From the NCBI GenBank assembly GCA_965279375.1, contig OZ257156.1, positions 1-64,000 on the forward strand: 64,000 nucleotides of DNA, read 5' to 3'. Below the pieces are notes generated by a model that searched no databases, was not told where the DNA came from, and saw only the letters and a program-made list of their open reading frames with translations. The translations under genes and the position numbers were made by a program. Position 1 is the stretch's first letter. Each line of letters begins with the position of its first letter. Shown here in pieces: positions 48,450 through 57,404 of this stretch. This DNA comes from Gemmatimonas sp. (GTDB lineage Bacteria > Gemmatimonadota > Gemmatimonadetes > Gemmatimonadales > Gemmatimonadaceae).

Positions 48450-49880
48450 GTGACATTGCTGAGTAGTCGCCTGCTGTTGGTGGTTGCCGATGGCGTTCGA
48501 CCAGACATTCTCGCGCAGGAACTCGATGCGGGGCGCGCGCCGGCTATGGCCGCGCTGCGCGAGCGCGGCGCGTTGCACGCCGTCACCTCCTCGTTTCCAT
48601 CGGTCACGGGTCCCGCGTACGTCCCATTCCTGATGGGTCGTCACGCCGCAACGGTCGGATTGCCGGGACTACGCTGGTTCGACCGCGCGCGCAATATTCG
48701 CTGGTCTCCCTCCAGCGCGCGCAGCTACGCCGGCATGGATATCTGGCATGTCGATGGCGACGTCGCACCAGGCATGCAGACGATCTTCGAACTCGCGCAG
48801 CCATCCCTCTCGGGCATGAGCATGCTCGCACGCGGCGCGAGCGTGGCGAACGTCGGGCGCTCCATCTCGTGGAGCGTGCGAGCCGCGATCCCGCACTTCC
48901 GCGGCGATCTGCTCGGCTGGCGCACGGTCGAGCGTGCAGCGACGGCAGAATTCTTTCGGCACTTCGCCACGGCGCGGCCGCGGTTCTCCACGCTCGCGAT
49001 CACCAGCCCCGACAAGTTCGCGCACAAGTTCGGCAGCGATTCCACGCCCGTGCGCGATGCGATCCTCGATATCGACAACGCCATCGCGAAGGCGCAGTCG
49101 ATCGCCAAGTCGGGCGGCTGGCACGAGAGCCTGCGCATCTGGGTGGTGGCGGACCACGGGCACGCGCCGGTGTCGAAGCACGAAGACCTGCATGGGTGGC
49201 TCGAATCCAACGACCTGCGCGTGCGCGCACATCCGCGGCTCCACACACGCAATCCCGATGTCGTGCTCATGGTGGGCGGCAACGCCATGGCCCATCTCTA
49301 CCTCGATCCCGCGTCACGCACGCGAAACTGGTGGCCGTCGCACGCCGCGCGCTGGGAAGCGCTGCACGACGCACTGCTCACGCGCGAAGCCGTCGATCTG
49401 GTGGCCGTCGGACTCTCTGCCACGCGCACGCGTATCGCGCATGCGTCACGCGGGTCTGCGGAGATCGTGCGACGCGAGGATGCCCGTGGCGGAACGCGCT
49501 GGGACTACGACGCATCCTCGGGCGACCCGTTGCTGCTCGGCGGAACCTTGCGCGACCTCGACGACATGTCGGCGTGGACGGCGTGTGCCGCCTCACCGTA
49601 TCCGGATGCGCTCGTGCAACTCGGCGCGCTCGCGGCGTCATCGCGAGCAGGAGATCTCATCCTCTCCGCCGCCGATGGGTGGGATCTGCGTTCGCGTTTC
49701 GAGCCGGTGTCGCACGTCTCCACGCACGGCGCGCTGCTGTCCGAGCAGATGATGGTTCCGCTCTTGATTGACGGTCCGGTTGCGCGCGCACCGCAGCGGA
49801 CCGCCGACGTGATGCCGAGTGCCCTCGACGCGTTGGGTATCGCGGTGCCGATGGGGCTGGACGGGCGCTCGTTTCTGTAG
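48450..49880 (+). CDS. Alkaline phosphatase superfamily (nucleotide pyrophosphatase/phosphodiesterase type)
   Basis: ADGVR, PSVTGP (Thr nucleophile), PDKFAH, ADHGH and STHG metal ligands. Confidence 0.88.
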   Translation: MTLLSSRLLLVVADGVRPDILAQELDAGRAPAMAALRERGALHAVTSSFPSVTGPAYVPFLMGRHAATVGLPGLRWFDRARNIRWSPSSARSYAGMDIWHVDGDVAPGMQTIFELAQPSLSGMSMLARGASVANVGRSISWSVRAAIPHFRGDLLGWRTVERAATAEFFRHFATARPRFSTLAITSPDKFAHKFGSDSTPVRDAILDIDNAIAKAQSIAKSGGWHESLRIWVVADHGHAPVSKHEDLHGWLESNDLRVRAHPRLHTRNPDVVLMVGGNAMAHLYLDPASRTRNWWPSHAARWEALHDALLTREAVDLVAVGLSATRTRIAHASRGSAEIVRREDARGGTRWDYDASSGDPLLLGGTLRDLDDMSAWTACAASPYPDALVQLGALAASSRAGDLILSAADGWDLRSRFEPVSHVSTHGALLSEQMMVPLLIDGPVARAPQRTADVMPSALDALGIAVPMGLDGRSFL

Positions 49881-49904
49881 GCACAGCCTCGCGCAGGACA
49901 GCGG

Positions 49905-50231
49905 CTACTCCGTGCGGTTCTTGCTGCGCTCGGGGTCGAATCCTTCGGGATAGCGCTTGCGCAACTTGTCGATGTTGCGCTGCGCGATCTCATCGAGTGA
50001 CACATCCAGCACCGTCGCGAACGCTCCGATGTACCAGAGGCAGTCGCCCAGCTCCTTGATGAGCGCATCGCGGTCGATCGGCGTGTCGTGAAAGAGATGC
50101 TTCTTGATGATCTCGGCGGTTTCGCCTGCTTCGCCGGTCAGCCCCAGCGCCGCGTTGGCCAGCTGCTGCTCATGCGTCCGGTCACGGCCGAGAGTGCGCG
50201 CGGCAAGCTGTTGATATTCATCGAGCGTCAT
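49905..50231 (-). CDS. MazG-like nucleoside triphosphate pyrophosphohydrolase
   Basis: GLTGEAGETAE..KELGDCLWY..NIDKLRKRYPEGF. Confidence 0.92.
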   Translation of the reverse strand: MTLDEYQQLAARTLGRDRTHEQQLANAALGLTGEAGETAEIIKKHLFHDTPIDRDALIKELGDCLWYIGAFATVLDVSLDEIAQRNIDKLRKRYPEGFDPERSKNRTE

Positions 50232-51567
50232 GCGTGGTGGTCGTGGCGAGTGAAGGGGCGTTGGCGCCAGCAAGCGTTGGCGGGTTGTGTCTGGCGGGCA
50301 TCGAAAGATACTCGTCGATGAGGTCGCATGCGGTACGTGCGCCGTCTTCGGCGCGCACGATTTCACCGACGGCGGCGGCACGCGCTGCGAATGAGGGCGT
50401 CTGCTGCAGGTCCGCCAGTACGTCGATCACGTTCGATGCCCGGTAGTGATCGGCGTTGATGGTGCGAGCCACGCCCAACCGCGTTGCACGCCACGCGTTG
50501 TCGGGTTGATCGAAGGCGAAGGGCACGCACAGCAGTGGTCTGCCCGAGCGCAGTGCCGTACCGAGTGTGCCGACGCCGCACTGCTGCACAACGACCGATG
50601 CGCGCGGGAAGAGCTGCGAGTGCGGCGCGGCATCGAGCATGAGCATCGACGAGGGGAGCGTGCTGGCCAGACGCGCTGTGGTCTCTGCTCCGGCGAGAAA
50701 GACGGCACGTTGGTTGAGTCGCGTGATCGCGCGAATACTCTCGTCGTAAAATTCGCCGGAGGCGCGCACCGCGGACGATCCCAGCGTGAAGACGACAGGC
50801 GGCGGGCCAGCGGCGAGGAATTCCTCGAGCGTCGGTGAGAGTGCACTTCCATGTGCGGACTCATTCACCAGCTGGCCGGTGACGTGCGCATTCGCTGGCC
50901 AATCGGGCTGCGGCTCGCCGAGTACGCGGCTGAAGAGCGCGAGCACCAGCGGCGCGTTGAGCTGTCCCTCGAAGATCGGGTGGCGGCCGCGCGGCAACCC
51001 TAACTCTCGGCGAAACGCCTGCACCGGTTCAACCCAGCGTGCGGACGCCCAGCGCATGAACCAGGCGAAGAACCTCGCGACGCGCGGGCCGAGTACTTCG
51101 AGTCGCTTGAGCGCTGGCAGCGGTGGCGGGACCACCATCTCGTAGCCCGACCCGAACGACAGCGGCGCGAGCACCGTGGAGACCCAGCGAATGCCGGTCA
51201 GTTCGTGGATGATGGGCGCCGCGAGACCAAGCGGTTGGCTGACGACGAGATCAGCGCCGTCGGTCAGAGCGCGGAGCTGCGTGTACGTGTCGCGCAGCGA
51301 CGGCATCATCAGCTCTCGGAATAGCAGCTGGGTTCCTCGACGGGGGTCGAGCAGCGCACCCACCATCTGCGACGCGGCAGCGCTCTCGGGGTCCATCGTC
51401 AGACCGACCGGCGAGAAGCGGAGGCCTAGTCGAGCCACGTCCTCGCGGTAGTGCTCCGGAAGCGCCATCACGACCTCGTGTCCACGTCCGGACAGCGCGA
51501 GCGCGAGTGCGAGATACGGGTTCACATCCCCGTAAGAACCCCAACTGTTGATGACGATGCGGGCCAT
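50218..51567 (-). CDS. GT1 family glycosyltransferase
   Basis: GSYGDVNP, VFTLGS, APHSQLFP, G.GT and PFAFDQPDNA. Confidence 0.92.
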   Translation of the reverse strand: MARIVINSWGSYGDVNPYLALALALSGRGHEVVMALPEHYREDVARLGLRFSPVGLTMDPESAAASQMVGALLDPRRGTQLLFRELMMPSLRDTYTQLRALTDGADLVVSQPLGLAAPIIHELTGIRWVSTVLAPLSFGSGYEMVVPPPLPALKRLEVLGPRVARFFAWFMRWASARWVEPVQAFRRELGLPRGRHPIFEGQLNAPLVLALFSRVLGEPQPDWPANAHVTGQLVNESAHGSALSPTLEEFLAAGPPPVVFTLGSSAVRASGEFYDESIRAITRLNQRAVFLAGAETTARLASTLPSSMLMLDAAPHSQLFPRASVVVQQCGVGTLGTALRSGRPLLCVPFAFDQPDNAWRATRLGVARTINADHYRASNVIDVLADLQQTPSFAARAAAVGEIVRAEDGARTACDLIDEYLSMPARHNPPTLAGANAPSLATTTTHDAR

Positions 51568-51619
51568 GGCCGGAAGATAGCTGGCGGCGGCGCGCTGGAC
51601 GGACGGGATATATTGCGTG

Positions 51620-51868
51620 ATGCCTTGGTTGAGCCTCGTCGCGACGCTGTCGGTGCGCGCCCTCGTGAATCCGTTCCTTGCGATCGATCTGCTGCGCGTC
51701 GCATGGCGATTTCGTCATCGGCGTTGGATGACGCGATTCCCGTTTCTGCCGCTGCCCGCGATCTCGTACGTGAAGTGGCGCATGTACACCGCGTACGGTG
51801 CGGAAGATGCTGTGCCGCCTGCCGACGATGTGATCGCGTTTGCACGCTGGGTTGGACGACAGCCGTAG
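51620..51868 (+). CDS. Small hypothetical protein upstream of queG
   Basis: PFLPLP..YVKWRMYTAYG motif; TATATT box 5 nt upstream; ends 4 nt before queG. Confidence 0.7.
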   Translation: MPWLSLVATLSVRALVNPFLAIDLLRVAWRFRHRRWMTRFPFLPLPAISYVKWRMYTAYGAEDAVPPADDVIAFARWVGRQP

Positions 51869-51872
51869 CGCG

Positions 51873-52913
51873 ATGCGCGCGCTGACGGAGCGGCTCAAGG
51901 CGCAGGCGTACGGATTGGGCTTCGATCTGGCTGGCGTGACCACGCTTGGCGCCCCGGCCACCGTCGCCAAGTTCGATGCGTGGCTGGATGCGGGGCATCA
52001 CGCGGAGATGGCCTATCTGAGTGGCGACGGCGCCGAGCTACGGCGTGATGCACGACGGCCGCATGTTGGCGCGACGCACGCGCTCGTGGTTGCGATGAAC
52101 TACGGAGGCCGCGAGCCGAGCGGCCCGGTCGCGCGCTACGCCCGCGGCGACGACTACCACGAGGTGCTGCGTGCGAAGCTGCGCGAACTGCATGCGTGGC
52201 TCGAACGGGAGACCGGTCAGACTATCGACGCGCGCCCATACGTGGACTCGGGGCCAGTGCTGGAGCGGGATCTGGCGCAGCGCGCAGGGCTCGGTTGGTT
52301 TGGCAAGAACACGATGCTGATCAACCCGAAGCGAGGCTCGTTTTTCTTTCTGGCGTCGTTGTTCGTGAACATCGCGCTGGAGCCCGACGAGCCGTTCGCT
52401 GCGGATCGCTGTGGTACCTGCACGCGATGCCTCGACGCGTGCCCCACACAGGCGTTTGACGGACCGCGCGTGCTCGATGCGGCCAAGTGCATCAGCTATC
52501 TCACGATTGAACTGCGCGGGGCGATTCCGGAGCAGTTTCGCGAGGCGATAGGTGGGATGGTGTACGGGTGCGACGTGTGTCAGGACGTGTGTCCGTGGAA
52601 CGTGTCGTTTGCGAGGGAGCTCGATGTCGACGAATTCCGTCCGCGCGAACTGTTCGTTGGAAACGACTCGCGCGACGGGACGCGTGCATTCGCGCGCGAG
52701 ATCCTGATGATGGAGCCGGCAGACTACGCGACGGCGTTTCGAGGCAGTGCGATCAAGCGCGCAAAGCTGTGGATGCTCCAGCGTAACGCGTGCGTTGTAC
52801 TGGGCAATGTGGGGACGGCGGACGATGCGGCGGTGCTGGAGGCGATGCTGACAGACGAGCATGCGACAACGCGCGATCATGCGGCGTGGGCGCTCGACAT
52901 GATTCGTCGATGA
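51873..52913 (+). CDS. queG: tRNA epoxyqueuosine(34) reductase
   Basis: ARYARGDDYH, VDSGPVLER, GWFGKN, CGTCTRCLDACPT and GCDVCQDVCPWN. Confidence 0.96.
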   Translation: MRALTERLKAQAYGLGFDLAGVTTLGAPATVAKFDAWLDAGHHAEMAYLSGDGAELRRDARRPHVGATHALVVAMNYGGREPSGPVARYARGDDYHEVLRAKLRELHAWLERETGQTIDARPYVDSGPVLERDLAQRAGLGWFGKNTMLINPKRGSFFFLASLFVNIALEPDEPFAADRCGTCTRCLDACPTQAFDGPRVLDAAKCISYLTIELRGAIPEQFREAIGGMVYGCDVCQDVCPWNVSFARELDVDEFRPRELFVGNDSRDGTRAFAREILMMEPADYATAFRGSAIKRAKLWMLQRNACVVLGNVGTADDAAVLEAMLTDEHATTRDHAAWALDMIRR

Positions 52914-52917
52914 CCGT

Positions 52918-52945
52918 AGCGGCCACACCTGAGCGGCCACACCTG
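52918..52945. repeat. Perfect 14-bp tandem duplication
   Basis: AGCGGCCACACCTG twice, right after the queG stop. Confidence 0.85.
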
Positions 52946-53116
52946 CCGCGTGGCAGCGCGCGCATACCATGCACTCCCCTCGCGTCGATGGCCGACCACG
53001 GCTCGCGGCGACCCACTCGAACCGTGTGGCGTCCATTTCGCGTCACCGAGATGAAACCGGGCGCAGTGCGCACTTACTCTGGGTGCATCACCAACCCCGA
53101 ACCGGAGCGCCTCACC

Positions 53117-53623
53117 ATGTCCAATGCTATGAATCTCCAGCGCCGTCGCCCTGCGAAGCTCGCCGCGAGGCTCTCGGTACTCTCCGCTGCCGCGCTGGTC
53201 GCCGCCCTGTTGGCGTCCGCGACGGCTAGCGCGCAGTCCACGCGGCCAACGACCGCGACGCCCCCCGTGCAGACCGCCGCAACTGCCACCACACTCGGAG
53301 GCGGCCCTGACCTGCAGGGGCTCTGGGACTTCGCGATGCGCGTGGGCGAACGGCCTTCCACCGGCTTCTTCGCGCTCGGCCCGATCGAACGGGGATGGGC
53401 TGGCTCGCTCACGCCATACCTGACGAACACGCTGGCGATCCGCCTGCTCACAGTGGATGGGGACTCGGTCAAGATGGTCGTTGCCTCGCGGGAGGGCGAT
53501 GTGCGATTTCAGGGGCGGTTGACCGACAATGGGCGCACGATGGAAGGCATCGTGGAGTACCACGGCGGCGTCCGCGTTCCGATGACGGCCACGCACCGCG
53601 CGCAACCCGTCGCGCCGCGCTGA
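53117..53623 (+). CDS. Exported small beta-rich hypothetical protein
   Basis: GGAG SD, signal peptide ending ASAQ, Thr-rich linker, DLQGLW beta-strand pattern. Confidence 0.75.
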   Translation: MSNAMNLQRRRPAKLAARLSVLSAAALVAALLASATASAQSTRPTTATPPVQTAATATTLGGGPDLQGLWDFAMRVGERPSTGFFALGPIERGWAGSLTPYLTNTLAIRLLTVDGDSVKMVVASREGDVRFQGRLTDNGRTMEGIVEYHGGVRVPMTATHRAQPVAPR

Positions 53624-53693
53624 GTCCAGTCGCGCGAGTGGCGTGGCGGTACCTGCCCTTGATCGCGCCGAGTCCACACCCCGATACTGCAAC

Positions 53694-54854
53694 GTGAACA
53701 CACGCGCGCACGAGATCGAGGAGGTCGGCTCTCCGGAGTCCGTCATGGAGCGGCGCATCGTGCCGGTGGGGGCCGTCGTGCTGACGACGTTCTTCGCCCT
53801 CCTCTACGCGCTGCGCGGCAGCATCGCGTCCATCGACCGTGGCGAGGACCCGCGCTGGGCCGAGCAAGTTGGCCGATCCCTCGCCATGTGGTGGACGTGC
53901 CTGCCGTTTCTGCCGCCACTCGCGGCCATCGTCCGTCGTTTTCCAGTTGGGCGCCCGCGCCCGTGGCGAAACGCGGGCATCCTGCTGTTCGGCATCGTCG
54001 CGGCCGCCTGGCTCAGGCACATCGTGATGACCCCCGTCGTGGCGGCGATCAGCGGCGTCCCCGACGTGGACGCGAGCGCTGCCGCGCGGACGCTCACCTA
54101 CTTCACGGTCTTTCTCGTGATGGTCGCGCTCCTGCACGCGGCCCACTACTATCGCGCGGAACGTGCCCGTGCGGTGCGCGAAGCCGGGCTCGCCCGCGGG
54201 CTGGCCGAAGCGCGTCTTGCGGCGCTGCGCACGCAGCTGCAGCCGCACTTCGTCTTCAACGTGCTCAACGCGGTCACGACCTTGGTGCACACCGATCCGA
54301 TGGCGGCTGACCGCATGCTCACCCGCTTCGCCGCGCTCCTGCGCGTGATCCTGTACGAGGGGACGGAGGAGCACGCGCTCGAGCGCGAACTCGAGCTGCT
54401 GGCGCGATACGTCGAGCTGATGCAACTGCGTTTCGGTGACCGCATTGTCGTGGAATGGGCCGTGGCCGATGCGCCGCTCGGCGCACGCGTCCCCTTTCTT
54501 GTGCTACAGCCGCTGGTCGAGAACGCCTACGAGCACGGGCTTGGCGGAAGGGAGACGGGCGGACGCGTGCTGATCGGCGCGGCACGAGCGGGCGACAACC
54601 TACACCTCGTCGTCGAGGACGATGGAGCGGGTCTCGACGTGGACGCGGAATCGATCACCGGTGGTGGGAAGGCGGCCAAGCGCACTGGCATCGGCCTGCG
54701 CAACACGCGCGATCGGCTTGCACAGCTTTACGGCGCACGCGCCTCGCTCGTGCTGGAGCGACCGCGCAGCGGCGGCACGCGTGCGCTGGTGACGCTGCCG
54801 CTCACCGACGATACGCACGGCGATGCGCACTCGAACGAGGGGCCACGTTTATGA
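53694..54854 (+). CDS. LytS-type sensor histidine kinase
   Basis: TM region, LRTQLQPHFVFNVLN, LQPLVENA, VEDDGAG and GIGLRNTRDRL. Confidence 0.93.
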   Translation: MNTRAHEIEEVGSPESVMERRIVPVGAVVLTTFFALLYALRGSIASIDRGEDPRWAEQVGRSLAMWWTCLPFLPPLAAIVRRFPVGRPRPWRNAGILLFGIVAAAWLRHIVMTPVVAAISGVPDVDASAAARTLTYFTVFLVMVALLHAAHYYRAERARAVREAGLARGLAEARLAALRTQLQPHFVFNVLNAVTTLVHTDPMAADRMLTRFAALLRVILYEGTEEHALERELELLARYVELMQLRFGDRIVVEWAVADAPLGARVPFLVLQPLVENAYEHGLGGRETGGRVLIGAARAGDNLHLVVEDDGAGLDVDAESITGGGKAAKRTGIGLRNTRDRLAQLYGARASLVLERPRSGGTRALVTLPLTDDTHGDAHSNEGPRL

Positions 54855-55768
54855 ACGGACCGCCGAACCTTCGCAGTGAGGCGCTCGCCTCCGACGCGAA
54901 GCACTCGTGGAAGGTGCTGATTGCCGATGACGAACCCCTCGCGCGCGCCCGTCTGCGCGCGCTGCTCGCGCGACACCCCGAGTTCGAGCTCACGGCGGAA
55001 TGCGGGAGCGGTGCGGCGGTGCTGGCCGCGCTCCGCAACGGACCTGCCGACGTGCTGCTCCTCGACATCCGCATGCCCGGCCTCGACGGCGTCGCGACGG
55101 TCGAAGCGCTCGCCCAGGAGGCGCCGTGGTCGCTGGAGCGTCCTCCGTGCGTTGTCTTCGTCACCGCGAGCGAGGAGCACGCGATCCGGGCTTTCGATCT
55201 CGATGCGGTCGACTACCTCGTCAAACCGGTCGACATCGACCGTTTCGACCGGGCGATGCGGCGGCTGCTCGGGACCCTCGGGTCGCCGTCCCCAGCTCCC
55301 GACGCAGGAGCCATTGCGGCGGCCGATGCTGCGCTCCGGGTCGCACTTCAGGCCCTCCGTGGCGACACCCCCGCGCCGGCGAGCGACACCGCTGATGGCT
55401 CCCTGGCCCACGCAAGAATTGGGGCCGAGTCGGAGGGAGGGTATGCGAAGCGATTCGTGGTCCGCGACGCCCAAGGGATGTACTTCGTGGCTGTCGCGGA
55501 CGTCGACCGTGTAGAGGCGGACGGCAACTACGTTGCACTCGTCGCTGGGGGACGACACCACCTCGTGCGAGAGTCGCTGAATCTCATCGCATCGCGGCTC
55601 GACCCGGCGGAGTTCGTGCGGGTGCATCGGTCGCATCTGGTGCGGATCGACCGGATTCGCCGGCTGGAACCATGCGGCCACGGCGAGTACGACCTGACGC
55701 TGGTTGACGGCACCCGACTCACCTCGAGCCGGAGCTATCGGGAGCAGATGCGGCGACTGCTTCGGTGA
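54851..55768 (+). CDS. LytTR family response regulator
   Basis: ADDEPLAR, LDIRMP, DYLVKP; LytTR domain EADGNY..FVRVHRS..SRSY. Confidence 0.95.
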   Translation: MNGPPNLRSEALASDAKHSWKVLIADDEPLARARLRALLARHPEFELTAECGSGAAVLAALRNGPADVLLLDIRMPGLDGVATVEALAQEAPWSLERPPCVVFVTASEEHAIRAFDLDAVDYLVKPVDIDRFDRAMRRLLGTLGSPSPAPDAGAIAAADAALRVALQALRGDTPAPASDTADGSLAHARIGAESEGGYAKRFVVRDAQGMYFVAVADVDRVEADGNYVALVAGGRHHLVRESLNLIASRLDPAEFVRVHRSHLVRIDRIRRLEPCGHGEYDLTLVDGTRLTSSRSYREQMRRLLR

Positions 55769-55910
55769 CACCAGCGGCGCTCGGGTCCCGCCAGCACGCG
55801 TGAGACACGTTGCGCGAGGTCGCGACTGCGTCTCGGCCACGCACAGGATTCACAGATGCAAACAGTAACGACGGGTTAAATCCTTCAGTAGCGCGCGAAA
55901 GCCTCAACGC

Positions 55911-56408
55911 TCAGCACGGGACGCCGCCGCGCACCCCTGTGATGCTGACGAAGAGCGAATCACCCGTTCGCTCGATACCCGCGCGACGGATCGGCACCGC
56001 CACCCGCGAGCCGCATCGAGCCGGCGCACCGACCGCGCTGTTGCGGCCGCCGGCCACGATACCCACGGTGTACGCCGTCTCCGATTCAACGGGGCCCAAC
56101 GTCAACTGTGCGTGTGCAATCGTGTCGGTCGTCGCGCCGAGGAGCAGCACGGAGACGGGGAGCGTCGCCCCGCTGTCCAGCGGCATTTCACCCGACACGA
56201 GAAACGGGTGATATGGCACCAACTCCGCACCACGCAGACTCCGCAGCTGATTCCCTGAGCCGACGGACACTCTCAGCGGCTCCGCGTCAGTGAACGCGGA
56301 ATCCTGCGCGTAATACGACACTTTGAGCGAGGACGGTGCCTGCGTCGGCTCCTTGGTGCAGCCGACGCAGGCAACGACGAGACCGATCAGAACGAGCGCA
56401 CGATTCAT
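55911..56408 (-). CDS. Hypothetical lipoprotein
   Basis: MNR plus hydrophobic stretch plus CVGC lipobox-like site; beta-rich mature part. Confidence 0.65.
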   Translation of the reverse strand: MNRALVLIGLVVACVGCTKEPTQAPSSLKVSYYAQDSAFTDAEPLRVSVGSGNQLRSLRGAELVPYHPFLVSGEMPLDSGATLPVSVLLLGATTDTIAHAQLTLGPVESETAYTVGIVAGGRNSAVGAPARCGSRVAVPIRRAGIERTGDSLFVSITGVRGGVPC

Positions 56409-56487
56409 GCGAGGGGCACACGAGAGAGACAGTCAACAGACCGCGCGTCCAACCACCCGCGCCTGTCGGAAGCTATCGCGTGCGCGC

Positions 56488-57399
56488 CTAGCGTGTACGG
56501 CACCCCACATTCAGCGCGGCGATCACTGGCAGGTGATCGGAGGGGAAGCGCTGATCCCAGCGATCGGTGAGAATGGCGTGCTTGAGTACTTCGACACCTG
56601 GTGAGACGAACACGTAGTCGATACGGGTGTCGCCGATCTCCTTGAAGCTGTTGAAGGATCCGGACGGTCCGTAGTTCCCTTCGCGACTCGACACATACCC
56701 GTCGATGAGCGGAGCGGTGCCGCCAGCGACGGCACCAGTGGTCAGTGTCTTGTACGCCGCCGATGTGGGAGCGGAGTTGAGGTCTCCCGTCACGATCAGC
56801 GGCAGAGTACCGGCGATGCTGTCGAGTCGCCGCCGGATGAGCTTCGCACTCTCCTGTCGCGCAACTTCTCCCACGTGGTCGAAGTGCGTGTTCAGATGCA
56901 CGTACGTGCAGCCCGACGCCCGGTCGCGGAACCGTCCCCACGTCGCGATGCGCTCCAGTGCCGCATCCCACGACTTCACACCGACCGCCTCGGGATTCGT
57001 GGAAAGCCAGAACGTCTTGTTCTCCAGCATCTCCACGCGGCTTCGCTTGTAGAGAATGGCGCTGAACTCTCCGGCGTTTTTTCCATCCGTGCGTCCCACG
57101 CCAACACGCGAGTACTCCGGCAACAGTGTGTCGAGATCGGCGAGCATGCCGGAGAGCGCTTCCTGCACGCCAACGACGTCGGCGTCATGAAAGCGAATCA
57201 GCTTCGCCACCCACGCCTTGCGATTCGGCCACGCATTGATGCCGTCGCCGGGGTTGTTGTAGCGGATGTTGAACGTCATCACACGGAGCGGTGCTCCGGC
57301 GGACGTGCCCGGTGAGGTGGCCGAAGCCACCCCACCGGTGTTCGTGGACGCGCACGCAGCCAATGCGAACGCGAGAAACGGAAGCAGCATCCTTCGCAT
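56488..57399 (-). CDS. Endonuclease/exonuclease/phosphatase (EEP) family lipoprotein
   Basis: LAAC lipobox; MTFNIRY, GVQE, NTHFDH, GDLN, RIDYVF and SDHLPV. Confidence 0.93.
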   Translation of the reverse strand: MRRMLLPFLAFALAACASTNTGGVASATSPGTSAGAPLRVMTFNIRYNNPGDGINAWPNRKAWVAKLIRFHDADVVGVQEALSGMLADLDTLLPEYSRVGVGRTDGKNAGEFSAILYKRSRVEMLENKTFWLSTNPEAVGVKSWDAALERIATWGRFRDRASGCTYVHLNTHFDHVGEVARQESAKLIRRRLDSIAGTLPLIVTGDLNSAPTSAAYKTLTTGAVAGGTAPLIDGYVSSREGNYGPSGSFNSFKEIGDTRIDYVFVSPGVEVLKHAILTDRWDQRFPSDHLPVIAALNVGCRTR

Positions 57400-57404
57400 G
57401 AAAC

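Noticed and set aside
53117..53623. Avidin/streptavidin-like biotin binder idea for the small exported protein
   Set aside because: Only a generic GxW first-strand similarity; biotin-binding residues are not recognisable, and the gene is 28 kb from the bio operon.
55769..55910. attC-like or sRNA element in the AT-richer gap after the LytTR gene
   Set aside because: Only a short AGGATT/AATCCT pair; no proper R and L box geometry and no integrase.
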